Origin: Eledone cirrhosa | Taxonomy: Eukaryota | Reading direction: 5' to 3' | DNA: 64,000 bases | NCBI GenBank assembly: GCA_964016885.1 | Contig: OZ024745.1 | Coordinates: 58,094,001 to 58,158,000 of the forward strand | In this document: piece by piece, positions 27,956-41,779 of the stretch | Layout: the number at the start of each line of letters is the position of its first letter | Position numbering within the stretch: position 1 is the first letter of the stretch | Notes under the pieces: model-generated | Databases searched by the model: none | What the model was told of the DNA's origin: nothing | Seen by the model: the letters and a program-made list of their open reading frames with translations, nothing else | Program-made: the position numbers and the translations under genes

Positions 27956-28050
27956 ATAATTGTTTCTACTTTAGGCACAAGGCCAGTAATTACCCAATAC
28001 ATTACTGGTACTTTATTTTATCGACCCCGTAAGGATGAAAGGCAAAGTTT
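27956..28050 (-). mobile_element. SINE family 1, 3' fragment
   Basis: aataattgtttctac...gatgaaaggcaaagtt. Confidence 0.8.
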
Positions 28051-28799
28051 TTAATGATACCTAATTAAGACGAGAAAGTAATTATAAAGATTTATTATAA
28101 AAAGTCTTTATTGGAGATACCAATAATAGAGATACCAAACATTCTATCTGAGATCTGAGAAATCATTAGAACTCTTATTTTTTTCGTTCGACAAAATATT
28201 ACGTAAGTAAAGATATTAAGAAAAGGTTTTTAAAAAATGTTATGTACCAAGTGTATGTTTCCTTCTATATGAGAATGCATACATTAAACTTGCACTTTAA
28301 ACAAATATGGTAAATTGGACATTATCTCTCAATATTTGGAGATACAATCTTTAAAATGTAGCATTTCTACTTTTCAATGCACTGAGGCAAAAGGCGATAC
28401 AAAAATATTGCTTGTAAAATTCGTATATGTCATTTTTGGATTTAGGATTTTTTTTAATCCTAAATTTATATTCTTTATGGAAGAAATAATAAGATATGTT
28501 CAAAATTCACATTTTAATGAAGATTGTTTCGAGCGTAGGAATAATACTAAAATCAAATTATATATATTGCAAAATACATTTTTCTTTTCCAACAAAGTTT
28601 GAACGAATGTCGGTAGCTAAGAACCTGGAAGAGGAAATGTAAGCTCATAGAGAAAATCTAATATTTACATACTGATTAACGTTATTTGGCTTTATTCCGA
28701 AAGACTGGATAAATATACATATGTGCGTATTTTGTTGTTTACATTTCTTCCATTATGTATGAATATATGTAAGTATATATATATATATATATATATATG

Positions 28800-30788
28800 T
28801 TAAATTCAAATATTAATAAAATAGATGTTCTTGTGATCAATTAAATTTTATTATACATATTTCAGAGGTACTTCAATCAAGTTCAATAGTACGTCCTCAA
28901 CAGATAAAATAAAATGATACATGAAATACCCTGACAAGGTAGTGATTAACTTGTGAGAAAACTCAATATTTATGCCCTACAAATGAGAACATGCGAAAAC
29001 GTAATAGAAGCAATAGAGAGGGTGTGAGTAAGAAAAAGATTTCTTTAATGTAACAGTTATAGAGTTATTAATGTTTGAAATACTACTGTAGGACTATAGA
29101 GGAAGACTATAGATATCTAGAGTTATAATGTTTTTAGTTTTTAGTTTGAGAATGCAACTGATAGATAATTAAAGAGAGAGAGATAAAGGGGAGTAATTTA
29201 TACACAAATATTCTTCACACACATATATAAACATATATAGCCTTGGCGGTTAAGTTTCAAAATATTTAATTTATGTTGTTTTAGGGTAACGAATCAAAAT
29301 TATAGGTTTCAAAAGTTGATGGTTATTTGTGTTATAAATTTTATAAATTTTATAAATGTGTTAAATTTCTAAAATTCAAAGTTTTATGAAATCAAATTTA
29401 AAGGATTTACTAGGCCCGCGAAAGAAAAATATATACTGTTCAATATTCACGCAAAGGTAATCTTTAACACTATTACTTGTAACAGTGTCAACATTTTCCA
29501 TATGTATAGTTTATGAAGTATTTACAGTTATAATTATCAAGGAATTAATTGTTAAATAGTTATAGTGTCTAATGTATAACACTTAAACCAAAGTTTTCAG
29601 CAGTAAATATATATATATGTGTGCATTGCTCTTAATAAGAGGACTACAAATTATTATTTTTATTACCTATTCATAACATAATCATAACTATAGTTCGGTA
29701 TATCTCTGTACATAGTTTTGTGCAAATACGTTTATAATGTATAATAACACAATCATAATTTTAGTTCGGTATAACTCTATATACAGCTTGTCCAAATATA
29801 TATATATTTATATTGTATATTGACATAATCATAATTAGAGTTCGGTTCTTCCCTAGAAGGCTGAACTAATGTAATGATCTAATATTTAATATATGAATAG
29901 ATAATAAAAATAATAATTTGTAGTCCTCTTATTAAGAGCAATGCACACATATATATATATTTACTGCTGAAAACTTTGGTTTAAGTGTTATACCTTAGAC
30001 ACTATAACTATTTAACACTTAATTCCTTGATAATTATAACTGTAAATACTTCATAGACTATACATATGGAAAATGTTGACACTGTTACAAGTAATAGTGT
30101 TAAAGATTACCTTTGCGTGAATATTGAACAGTATATATTTTTCTTTCGCGGGCCTAGTAAATCTTTTAAATTTGATTTCATAAAACTTTGAATTTTATAA
30201 ATTTAACACATTTATAAAATTTATAAAATTTATAACACAAATAACCATCAACGTTTAAAACCTATAATTTTGATTCGTTACCCTAAAATAACATAAATTT
30301 AATATTTTGAAACTTAACCGCCAAGGCTATATATGTTTATATGTGTCTGAAGAATATATGTGCATAAATTACTCCCCTTTATCTCTCTCTCTTTAATTAT
30401 CTATCAGTTGCATTCTCAAACTAAACACTAAAAAAATTATAACTCCAGATATCTATAGTCTTCCTCTATAGTCCTACAGTAGTATTTCAAACATTAATAA
30501 CTCTATAACTGTTACATTAAAGCAATCTTGTTCTTACTCACACGCTCTCTATTGCTTCTATTACGTTTTCGCATGTTCTCATTTGTAGGATATAAATATT
30601 GAGATTTCTCACAAGTTAATCACTACCTTGATTAAATCTTAACCATTTAACATGTCAGTGTATGTCATGTATCATTTTATTAACCTGATGAGGACGTACT
30701 ATTGAAGTTGATTCAAGTACCTCTGAAATATGTATAATAAAATGTAATTGATCACAAGAACATCTATTTTATTAATATTTGAATTTAA
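28800..30788. mobile_element. ~2-kb inverted duplication of a decayed PLE-like 3' region with terminal HHRs
   Basis: 28800-29670 mirrors about 29905-30788. HHR at 30675-30742 (CTGATGA...GAAA tatg TA) and a mutated mirror at 28846-28909. Confidence 0.8.
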
Positions 30789-30884
30789 TATTAATAAGTC
30801 TGGAAAATATCTTTCTCTAGAGTGCTTTCAATCTACTGTAAAACTCATTCTTTGATGTACTCATTGAATCTTGTTTAACTCTTT

Positions 30885-31476
<592 letters not shown>

Positions 31477-31940
31477 TCATATATATATATACATATGCTT
31501 ATATATATGTTTATCCCGGGTTCGATCGGGGGTAACCACAGTAAGTAAGGTACTCAATACATAACAGAATATAAATATTTAATGTAGAAATAGCTACTAC
31601 AGGACTAGAACAGTTTCATGATTTCCTACGAATGAAACAGGTCTAGTCTTGTAGAAGCCATTTCTATATTATATATATATAGAGAGAGAAATGGCTTCTA
31701 CAAGACTAAACCCGTTTATATATAAGCAAAGGGATATTTAATTTGTTGGTAATTCAACAAATATATATATTTATAACAGATTAGAAGCACTATCCAGGTA
31801 AAACTTGAACCGTTAAGGTCTCATTCCTGGATATGTCAATATTTATAAAACAAACTTTGTATTTTATCTGATGAGAGCGTACCAAAGTTTTGGTACCCTT
31901 GATTATGGTTTTATAAATATAGTTTCCATTTATTAATCTG

Positions 31941-31980
<40 letters not shown>

Positions 31981-32024
31981 TTATGTATTGGTGTACGTAT
32001 ATGTAAATTAGTATATATATAAAC

Positions 32025-32308
32025 TAATGCGCAACTAAGCACACAACACACACAAAAACAAGATGGCGTAGGACAGAACAAAGGAGAGGCACAAAAACAA
32101 AGAAAAGAATCCACAGTCACTGAAGAGGTCACAGAATGTGTGACGAAAGAACTTTAACAATATATGAACAACCATCCGGTTGTGGAACCAACCAACCGGA
32201 AATTTATAAATTCTTAAATTCATAATTTAATTTATAATAAATTGGAGTGAAAACAACTGGTGCGTGTTTTTCTTATTGGTAACATGACCCTTCCAAAGCA
32301 TAACAATA
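32025..32308 (+). mobile_element. Solo pseudo-LTR of the PLE at 33650-35045, with HHR at 32116-32158
   Basis: Similar to 34755-35045. Reads gtca-CTGAAGA-ggtcacagaatgtgtgac-GAAA gaac TT. Confidence 0.85.
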
Positions 32309-32322
32309 TATATATAAATATA

Positions 32323-32365
<43 letters not shown>

Positions 32366-32373
<8 letters not shown>

Positions 32374-33560
32374 TACAATAACAGAGATAGTTTAAAGCTA
32401 ATCTCTGACTGGTAACCATCTCACTCAACAAACATTAGGTTATATTTTAATATAAACCCAATTTAAGTGTTTGGTGTGCTAACAATATGTATTATGTGGA
32501 AAAGCCAGTTGTATTATTTTATCAGATATAATTAAAGTTAAAATATATCTCTCTTTCCAAACAATTGTTTCATTATAAGTTTTCTACAAATTCGGAGAAT
32601 ATTTACAGTTTATGTAGAAGCCTAATATACATTCATGTAAGAATATATTTAGGTGGGAGCTTATAAATCATCAGTGAAAGCCCATTAAACTTTGATATAA
32701 GAAATAAAATGTTCTTACCGTAGTTAAAAATCGTATCTGTTAAGTTGCTCCTTCCCGCATCGAGTGACCGGTAAATTTGAAATTCCAGCAGTTTTTGACT
32801 GAGGAAGTATTATAGCGTCACTAAGCGGGAAGGGGAGACAACCACGATCCACGAAAGGAGGAAAAAAAATAATATACACGCGGGTTAAACAGTTTTTTCA
32901 AAAACATTATCAATCCAACGTGTTAAGAACTTAATTGAAATTAAAAAAATAAATATATGCGTGTATAAATTACACGCGCATATCGATATTTTCTTAGGCT
33001 AAATCAGAGGTTGTACCTGAATAAGAAACCGCATCTCGTAACCGTAGTAAATACGGAAAGTTATGCTTTAAAGGGCAAATGGGAATGTAAATCTCCGGCC
33101 GAATTAAGAGTAAAATAACACACGCGGGTTAATTAGTTATTTCAAAACTAATATCAATTCCTCGTGTAAAGAACTCAATTAATTTTAAAAAAATAAATGT
33201 ATGCATGTAATTATATACATAGGCATATATATATTTTCTTAGGCTAAAAAACAGAGAAGTTACAACCAATAAAAACCACAATATCGCACAACAGTAATAA
33301 ATACGGAAAGTCAAATTTATAAGGTACCTGGAAATAAACACCTCTGGCCAATCAAGAGTAAAATATTAATACAATAACAGAGATAGTTTAAAGCTAATCT
33401 CTGACTGGTAACCATCTCACTCAACAAACATTAGGTTATATTTTAATATAAACCCAATTTAAGTGTTTGGTGTGCTAACAATATGTATTATGTGGAAAAG
33501 CCAGTTGTATTATTTTATGAGATATAATTAAAGTTAAAATATATCTCTCTTTCCAAACAA
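32366..33560 (-). mobile_element. ~1-kb unit with ~200-bp direct terminal repeats and an HHR with branched stem II (32553-32680)
   Basis: 32366-32565 recurs at 33362-33560. Minus strand reads ctttca-CTGATGA-tttataag...cttataat-GAAA caattg TT-tggaaag. Confidence 0.8.
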
Positions 33561-33615
33561 TATATATATATATATATAAGTGTGTGTGTGTGCATATGTA
33601 TTTGTATATATATAA

Positions 33616-33649
<34 letters not shown>

Positions 33650-33653
<4 letters not shown>

Positions 33654-35045
33654 ATACTTTGGGAGGGTCATGTTGCCAATAAGAAACACACGCACCAGTT
33701 GCTTTCACTTCAATTTATTATTATAATAAATTTATAATAAATTTATAAATTTATAAATTTCTGGTTGGTTGGTTGCTTCCACAACCAGATAGTTGTTTAT
33801 ATATTGTCATAGTTCTTTCGTCACACACTCTGTGACCTCTTCAGTGACTGGGGATTCCTTTCTTTGTTTCTGTGCCTCTCCTTTGTTCTGTCCTACGCCA
33901 TTTTGTTTCTGTGTGTGTGTTGTGTGCTCAGTCTGCGCATGCGCCACATCCGGGTGTCTGTGTGTGTTTATGTTCATTTATTTATTTGTTTATTTACATG
34001 TTACTGGTTGGTTGTTTGTTCTATGTGTGTGTGTGTTTTCATTTTGTCCTTAATTGTAAGTTGTGATGTTGCTGTTCCACTCATATTTTCTATTTAATTT
34101 TGGTTGTAATTCTTTTATGTTTATTGCCTCTGTAATTTGTCTAAACATTGCGTCTTTTCTGTGTGTAGATTCTATTTTTATTTCTATGTTCTCTAATTTA
34201 ACCTTGTGTTCTATTTTAGCATGTTGGTAGAGTACAGATGATTCTTTACTATCTTGAAGGTCTCGCCAGTGTTCATTTATCCGTTCCCCTACACTACGAG
34301 CTGTCTCACCTATGTACACTATATTTTTGTCTCTACATTGTCCTTCAGTACATCTTATGCTATACACTACATTCCTAGTTTTACAGTTAATATGGGGGCT
34401 TATTTTACAGGTTATACATTTCTTATCTATACATGAGGGTCTTTGAAAAGGGTATGTCTTGCTAATAAGTGTTTTTACGGAGGTACCTGGTCTTTCTACT
34501 ATCTTAATATTGAGTTTATGTTTATTTAGGGCCCTTCTAAATTTGTAAGCTAATTCACCTCTAGGGGTTGTATCGATGAACATTACACTCTGGTATTTAT
34601 TGCTATCATACCATGAGTTTATTCTATTAGCCTTGTTCCTAGTTCTTTCTATTCTATTCCAAAATTTGCTCCTATACAAGGGGCAGGTCCCATTTATGTC
34701 ATTATTTACCATTTTTTCCCATTTGGTTCTGGCTCCTGATACACTCGGATGTGGCGCATGCGCAGACTGAGCACACAACACACACACAGAAACAAAATGG
34801 CGTAGGACAGAACAAAGGAGAGGCACAGAAACAAAGAAAGGAATCCCAGTCACTGAAGAGGTCACAGAGTGTGTGACGAAAGAACTTTGACAATATATAA
34901 ACAACTATCTGGTTGTGGAACCAACCAACCAGAAATTTATAAATTTATAAATGTATTATAAATTTATTATAATAATAAATTGAAGTGAAAGCAATTGGTG
35001 CGTGTGTTTCTTATTGGCAACATGACCCTCCCAAAGTATAACAAT
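33650..35045 (-). mobile_element. 5'-truncated Penelope-like element with inverted pseudo-LTRs
   Basis: GIY-YIG ORF remnant flanked by ~300-bp inverted repeats (33650-33957 and 34744-35045), each with an HHR (33806-33848 minus, 34849-34891 plus). Confidence 0.9.
34050..34743 (-). pseudogene. PLE C-terminal region with GIY-YIG endonuclease
   Basis: CIDKKCITC...CKTRNVVYSIRC...IVYIGETARSVGERINEH...HAKIEH...RQITEAINI...LNRKYE. The upstream part of the called ORF is inverted pLTR sequence. Confidence 0.9.
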
Positions 35046-35099
35046 ATCGGTTTCAACACACGATTTCAGATAAAGAATCTTGCTAAACAAATTCAGAAA

Positions 35100-35142
<43 letters not shown>

Positions 35143-35325
35143 GAGAGAGAGAGAGGGGTGGTAACAAGATATCGTTATAGGTAATCCGATTAGAGGTTGT
35201 GAATACTTCTTATCATGGATAGTTTTAGCGTACGGCGTTGTATGACTCAACTAGAGGTTTACGTGGATCACAAGTGTATGACTTCACTTGTATTCCTATG
35301 TAAGTATATCTTGGAGTAATAACAT

Positions 35326-35750
35326 TGAAAAAGTGAAGAATAACATGGTCAACAGTACAAACAAGGAAATTTATTTACACTCTAACAATTGTTTCAATGA
35401 TAGAGTTGTCTAAAAATTGCTAAACATTGAAAGCAGTGCCACTCAATTTAAAATACATGTTAAACCCATCATATCCTCAGAGACTGAGAGAAAATATAAA
35501 AATATATGCGTAACCGGCAAATTTACAAATTCAAATTTGAATTTGTAATTTGTAAATTTGCTGGTTACGCATTTATTTTTATATTTTCTCTCAGTCTCTG
35601 AGGATATGATGGGGTTAACATGTATTTTAAATTGAGTGGCACTGCTTTCAGTGTTTAGCAATTTTTAGACAACTCTATCATTGAAACAATTGTTAGACTG
35701 TAAATAAATTCCCTTGTTTGTATTGTTGACCATGTTATTCTTCACTCTTT

Positions 35751-35752
<2 letters not shown>
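35326..35752. repeat. ~430-bp palindrome with a canonical HHR in each arm (35592-35700 plus, 35378-35486 minus)
   Basis: cagtct-CTGAGGA-tatgat...atcatt-GAAA caattg TT-agactg. Confidence 0.85.
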
Positions 35753-35827
<75 letters not shown>

Positions 35828-36030
35828 AGTGAGGTTTTTCTCACAAAATGAAAAATAACCGAGGTGTCCTGCACGAGTGAAAGTATAAAGAAAAAAGATG
35901 AAATCGAAAATGCAACTGGAGTCTTATTTTTAAAAAAATATATATATTTATTTGGTTCCTTTACCGGTTTCGCAGTTCTTCTGCTTTTCAAAAGTAGAGT
36001 TGAGATGGAGGGTCTGTGGTTTTTCTCAGA
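35828..36030 (-). mobile_element. Solo copy of the element forming the 51465-51955 palindrome, with U3-A8 HHR at 35958-35994
   Basis: Near-identical to the reverse complement of 51745-51950. Lies in (TA)n. Confidence 0.8.
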
Positions 36031-36416
36031 TATATGCTATATATATATATATATATATATATGGCCTCAAACAATGGCTGGAACAGGGAAAAGGGTAATA
36101 TAATTAATTTTATGCAGAATCCGCCGAAATGCATATTTCCATGGCCTTCATTTTTACGTAATGTACGCAACACCAAGCCACCAAAACAACTTCATCGGAC
36201 TGCATCTTAAATAATAAGGTTGTTATGTAACATTGTCATTCAGATATGGGCTTTATATATGGGGTCGGACATATACGATTTTTTTTTCCGCAAACCATCT
36301 ACTTATAAATCAGATTTATTGTAATACTCGATTGCAGGGTTGGAAGTTGGAGGGGGGTGCTTAAATACTCGAAGAGACGGAGAGAGAGCGAAATAGAGTA
36401 TCTATCTAGACAGATA

Positions 36417-36498
<82 letters not shown>

Positions 36499-38956
36499 TT
36501 CTCTCTCTCACTCTCTCTATCTCTCTGTATGTTTGTGTATGTGTGTGTGTGTGCGTGTGTGATTTGTACTAAATTCGTTGAACTACAACTGTCGTAAAAA
36601 GAATATTGTAATGTTATCATATAAATCGATACATTGATACAGTTGCCGGTATAGCGGGCAGTCACTGCGCCCACACACACACGCACATTCATATACAAAC
36701 ACACACATAAATGCATGCATGCATGTGTGTGTGTGGGTGTGTGTGCGTGTGTGTGTACGTGTGTGTGTACGTGCGTGTGTGTCTGTCTGTCTGTGTGTGT
36801 GTGCGTGGGCCTTCGATTTTCAATATGAATTGTCAGTACGATGGCACATTGTAAATAGATAAATTTAAAGAAATACTTGTTTTTTTATACTACCTACATT
36901 TTTCATATGTATTTATCACCTTTATAAATTAAGGTCATTATATAAGGGTGTTCTTAGATACAGTATATTTCACCCGATATGATGTTTCCGATTGGAATGA
37001 CTTTTATTATAAGTTTCTCGATCTGGCTTGACTAATCCAAGTCCTCCAACTAGTCCACAAATATAAATTTATGTTACCAAATCAGTTAATTTTCCTATTT
37101 TACTCTTGCATCAGTTTCTTGCAGAGAAAGGCTTTGTCTATAATTCATATCTATTTCGAGGGATTATTTTCGAAATATTCATCTGATATCCTGGTTTTAC
37201 GCAATATGGTAATCAACATTCTATCAAGTTTGTGTTCTGTATTCTCCTTGGACTTACTTTAATCCATCTAGTTTTATATCAACTTAATATTTTCCAATAA
37301 ATCTTTATTACTTTTTCCTGAGATATTGCATTAACCATCAATGCATTATCACGACTTTTGACGTAATAATTCCTAACGCGTATTTTCCTCCTAGCAATAT
37401 GTAATTGATTGAATTTTCTTTATCTATTTCCTTTACCTTCTCTGTGTAAAGGCAATATCATTTCCACCTCTTTCAATGTCTTCCAGGCTCTCCTTCTTCC
37501 AGTTGTTCCTATATTACAATGATGACACACGTTTTCTTGAAATTCATCTAACAGCTTAAGAACAGATTTCTTTTTATCTAAGCTAGCAAGGATTTCCTTA
37601 TGTAGTGTTTTATCTATTCAGCTTCAGTTTCTCTCTGACTTTTCCGGATTTTTTTCATTTGAAAGTCACTAAAAGTCCTTTAACTCATTTTTTCATCGTT
37701 CTTCTGATCTTTCTATCACAACAATTCATCCCTTCTCCGAAACTAAATATTGTATATTCTGTTTTTCTCTTAAGGCACATTAATTTCCTCCATTACTTGC
37801 TTCTAAAAAGGTAGTTTTGTATTCAAACTTTTGATGGCACTGAAATATATTATCATAAACTTTGTTTCTAGATAAAATATTCATATCTATTACAAAAATA
37901 TTACACTAGGTTTGTTGTTAGAAAAGTTACGTTTCGTATTTTTATTTTATTTTATTTTATCCTATCTCATTTTTATTTTATTATCATTATTATTATTTTT
38001 TTTTTTTTTTTTTTTTTGCTGATATTAATATTTGAGAAAGAACTTAGTGATTGCATCCATCATCTTTATACCTGCTTCTCCTATTCTTCACATATCTTGC
38101 TTCTGCATCTACTCGACATTTAAAGTCTCACAAAGATGAGTGTGATTTTTTTTGTTGGTTTTTTGGGGGGGTCTGTTTATATATAATTTAGTTCTAGTCT
38201 TCAATGCCAATCTATTATTTATTTCAAAATGAAGATTTTCCATATTCTATGCTATACAAGGTGGAATATGTGGTCGTATACAGCTAAATTATTATTCTTT
38301 TACATTACTTGTAGGTGTCTCCATAAATAAGCTCTATGATGCCTATTTATAAAAACGTTGAATGAATTATAATTACTTTACTTTGAAGATCTCATCAAAG
38401 TAAAGAGATTCCCAGAGTCGTGACAATGAGGGAATCTCTGCATAGTCGTTCCTATACTGTAATATTAGCAAGATCACTTTCACATCACATCCTACCATCC
38501 TTCAAAAATAAAAGTTTGTTTATATATTCTGAGATAAACTGAATAAGAATATGCGGAATTTTATAGCTAGAGTACCTTTGATGAAACTACTGTTAGATCA
38601 AGAGCTAAACAACAACAATAAAGTCAACAATGTCTAAAACAACCTCCAGGGTGCTTGATGACTTTAATAATAAGCCTAGTTAAGGAGAATTTTTTCTTCA
38701 AATCTAATACGATATTGATGAGTGTTTATCGAATTACAATATATCAAACTAGATCAATCTGAAGGAGTTTCAAGTTCATGTTATTAAACCCGATAATTAA
38801 AGCCGTGCTATAGTTGATTTGTGGAATTATCAGAATAATTAGTTGCTCTTATCGAGAATATATTTATTCCCCACACTCACCACGCGCTTTCAAATGTTTA
38901 TTAATTACCACTTAAGGTTTGATATCAAATTTCCTTTATAAATCCGTTATGGTAAT

Positions 38957-39076
38957 ATAATTGTTTCTACTTAAGGCACAAGGCCAGCAATTACCCAGTA
39001 CATTATTGGTACTTTATTTCATCGACCCTGTAAGGATGAAAGGCAAAGTTAACCTCGGCGGGATTTGAACTCAGAC
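38957..39076 (-). mobile_element. SINE family 1, truncated
   Basis: ataattgtttctac...cctcggcgggatttgaactcag. Confidence 0.8.
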
Positions 39077-39396
39077 TGCCATGCTCATTATAGCATTTAT
39101 GGACAATATCTTCATTAGTATTTAATGCTTTTACAGGTATGATATAGAAATATTCAAAGATTGAAATTTTCACAGAATCGTTATGCCTATAATATATGTA
39201 TATTCAGTATTTTATCAGTAAACTTAAATGTATATAGAGAGAATTTCTTATTTTCCTGGTGTATGATACATCGTGGAAATTATAATTTCTAAATACTATA
39301 TTCTGTATTTTACTTTAAAATATTTCTGCTCCTTTTATTTGTGATCTATACACATTCATTATGTATTGCATGTATGGATGTGTATGTGTGCGTGTG

Positions 39397-39431
<35 letters not shown>

Positions 39432-39635
39432 ATGTATGTGTATACAGTCGCGTACGTACGTGTGATTAGATATACATGGGGCGATATGTATGTATATATA
39501 TATGTGCATCCTGTGTATGTATGTACGCTTGCATACGCTTTTGTCTGCACGTATTGCGTGTATATATATTTTATTTTATAGATATATGTTTCTTATAGAT
39601 ATATGTGTATGTACGCGTGTACCTTGTTTGTTTTG

Positions 39636-39795
39636 TTTTCTTTTCTTTTCATTTCTTTTCTTTTCTTTTCTTTTCTTTTCTTTTCTTTTCTTTTCTTTTC
39701 TTTTCTTTTCTTTTCTTTTCTTTTCTTTTCTTTTCTTTTCTTTTCTTTTCTTTTCTTTTCTTTTCTTTTCTTTTCTTTTCTCTTCTCTTCTCTTC
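39636..39795. repeat. (TTTTC)n microsatellite
   Basis: Direct reading. Confidence 0.95.
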
Positions 39796-40319
39796 TCTAG
39801 TGTTAATTGACTACTTTCTCTTTCATTTAAAATTTTTTTCTTTCTAATATATTGTTCCATTTTTATAAATATATCGAGAATGACACTTTCTCTTAACTAT
39901 TACACTCCCTTACCTCTTTTTCTTCCGCATATAAGTGAACGCGTGTGTGTGTGTGTTTATACGCGTGCCTTCATATTCATATAATGTATCTAATACCCTG
40001 TTTTCTGTATACGTGTCAACCAGATTATCAATTTATTTTCAACTCATATTATATCTGTATTTATGATTACATATATACAAATATACTTGACCTCATATAT
40101 ATATTTACGCACACATTTTCACCATACACACGCATTTGTACATACATACATATGTACATCTGTGAGTGTATATACATACATATACACACACCTAACTATA
40201 TTTCCTTATAATTTTTTTATATATTTTATATGTCTATTGCATTACTTTTATTTATATATATTTTTTTTTTTTGCATTTCTTGAGGAGACTTTCCAAATAT
40301 TTCACTATGTTTTATATTG

Positions 40320-40389
40320 CCTCGTCCGACGAACGAATGAGGACGTTTCTTTCGTATTCGTCTTATTCGGGAAATCTCTGGTAATGAGG
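40320..40389 (+). ncRNA. Type I hammerhead motif, U4C variant
   Basis: cctcgt-CCGACGA-acgaatgaggacg...cgtcttattcgg-GAAAtctctggTA-atgagg. 6-bp stem I, about 11-bp stem II. Confidence 0.7.
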
Positions 40390-40415
40390 TAATTATATTG
40401 TATTGTTTATTATAC

Positions 40416-40493
<78 letters not shown>

Positions 40494-40611
40494 CTATGTA
40501 TACATACTTTTGTCGATACATACATACATACATACATACATACATACATACATACATACATACATACATACATACATACATACATACATACATACATACA
40601 TACATACATAC

Positions 40612-41288
40612 ACTGTACAATGCAATCCGTAGAAAAGATAGCCCCGATAATAAACACATTAAAAGCTAGAGCAATGTGGAAGACATACATATACATAATA
40701 TGAAAGAGTACTGGTGGAATATAATATGCAGGCATAACAGACCAGATATAATGATATGGGACAGGGAAAAGAAAGCATGCACAATAGTAGAAGTTAGCTG
40801 CCCAGCAGATACCAATATAATATCAAAGATTAGCGAAAAGGAGAATATTTATGCAGAACTAATGAGAAATATGTAGATACCTGATTATACCTTCAAATTT
40901 ATGCCTGTGATTATTGGGGCACTGGGATATGTTAGTAATTGCCTCAATACAAATCTTGAGAAGCTAGGCTTCACAGGAACAGAAAGAACACAACTAGTTA
41001 GGAAATTACAAGTACAATCCATTAATGGAACAGTAAAAATATGTAAAACATTCCCAAACCTTTGCATCTAATAACTGCATATATACACATGTACAGATAC
41101 AACTCAAAACATACACATCCACACATACAATAACATACATACCTGCACAAACATGCGTTCATACATGCATACATATCTACGTAGTTGATGTTGTGTAAAT
41201 TCCAATGAGAGGGTATTGTATCTATGTTAGAAACCGGCCCTCTCTCTCTATTGGTAAAATTTTGTGAAATTATGAAACCAGAAGAACG
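40612..41288 (+). pseudogene. 5'-truncated RLE-type non-LTR element between (TACA)n tracts
   Basis: EYWWN...HNRPDIMIWD...IVEVSCP...EKENIY...PVIIGALG, with stops. Homologous to the C-terminus of ORF 2735-6127. Confidence 0.85.
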
Positions 41289-41779
41289 TACATACATACA
41301 TACATGATGATGGCTGCCCCCTCGTTATCGAGTATGGCCATTGCACGAGGAGAAAAAATAAAATAAAATAAAATAAAATACATACATACATACATAAATG
41401 GATATGTACGTACATACGTATGTATGTATATTCCGGTTAGATTCAATTTCTGTCTGTGTTTTGATTGAAGTTTCATGTGTATACTTATGCTTGTGTGTGT
41501 GTATTTGTTGTTCTTGTATGTCCACTTTCATGTATGTGTGTATATGATATTGAATTGCTTCACTTCTTTATTATATACGTTGTCCGGAATTCCTCCGCTT
41601 GTGATTTCGGAAATGATACTATGTCTAAAGGCGAAATCCAACTTGCATGACAACTTTGTAATTTGATAATATAAAATAAGTGTTTCTTTGATCTCAGCGA
41701 TATAAAAGTAAAAATATCGAACAACATTATTCCTGTGGGGACACCATCCTCGAAATATGTCTTTGTATTCGATACTCAA

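Noticed and set aside
37330-37700. Possible LINE RT remnant on the minus strand (also 16690-16890)
   Set aside because: Motif similarity too faint to call without a search.
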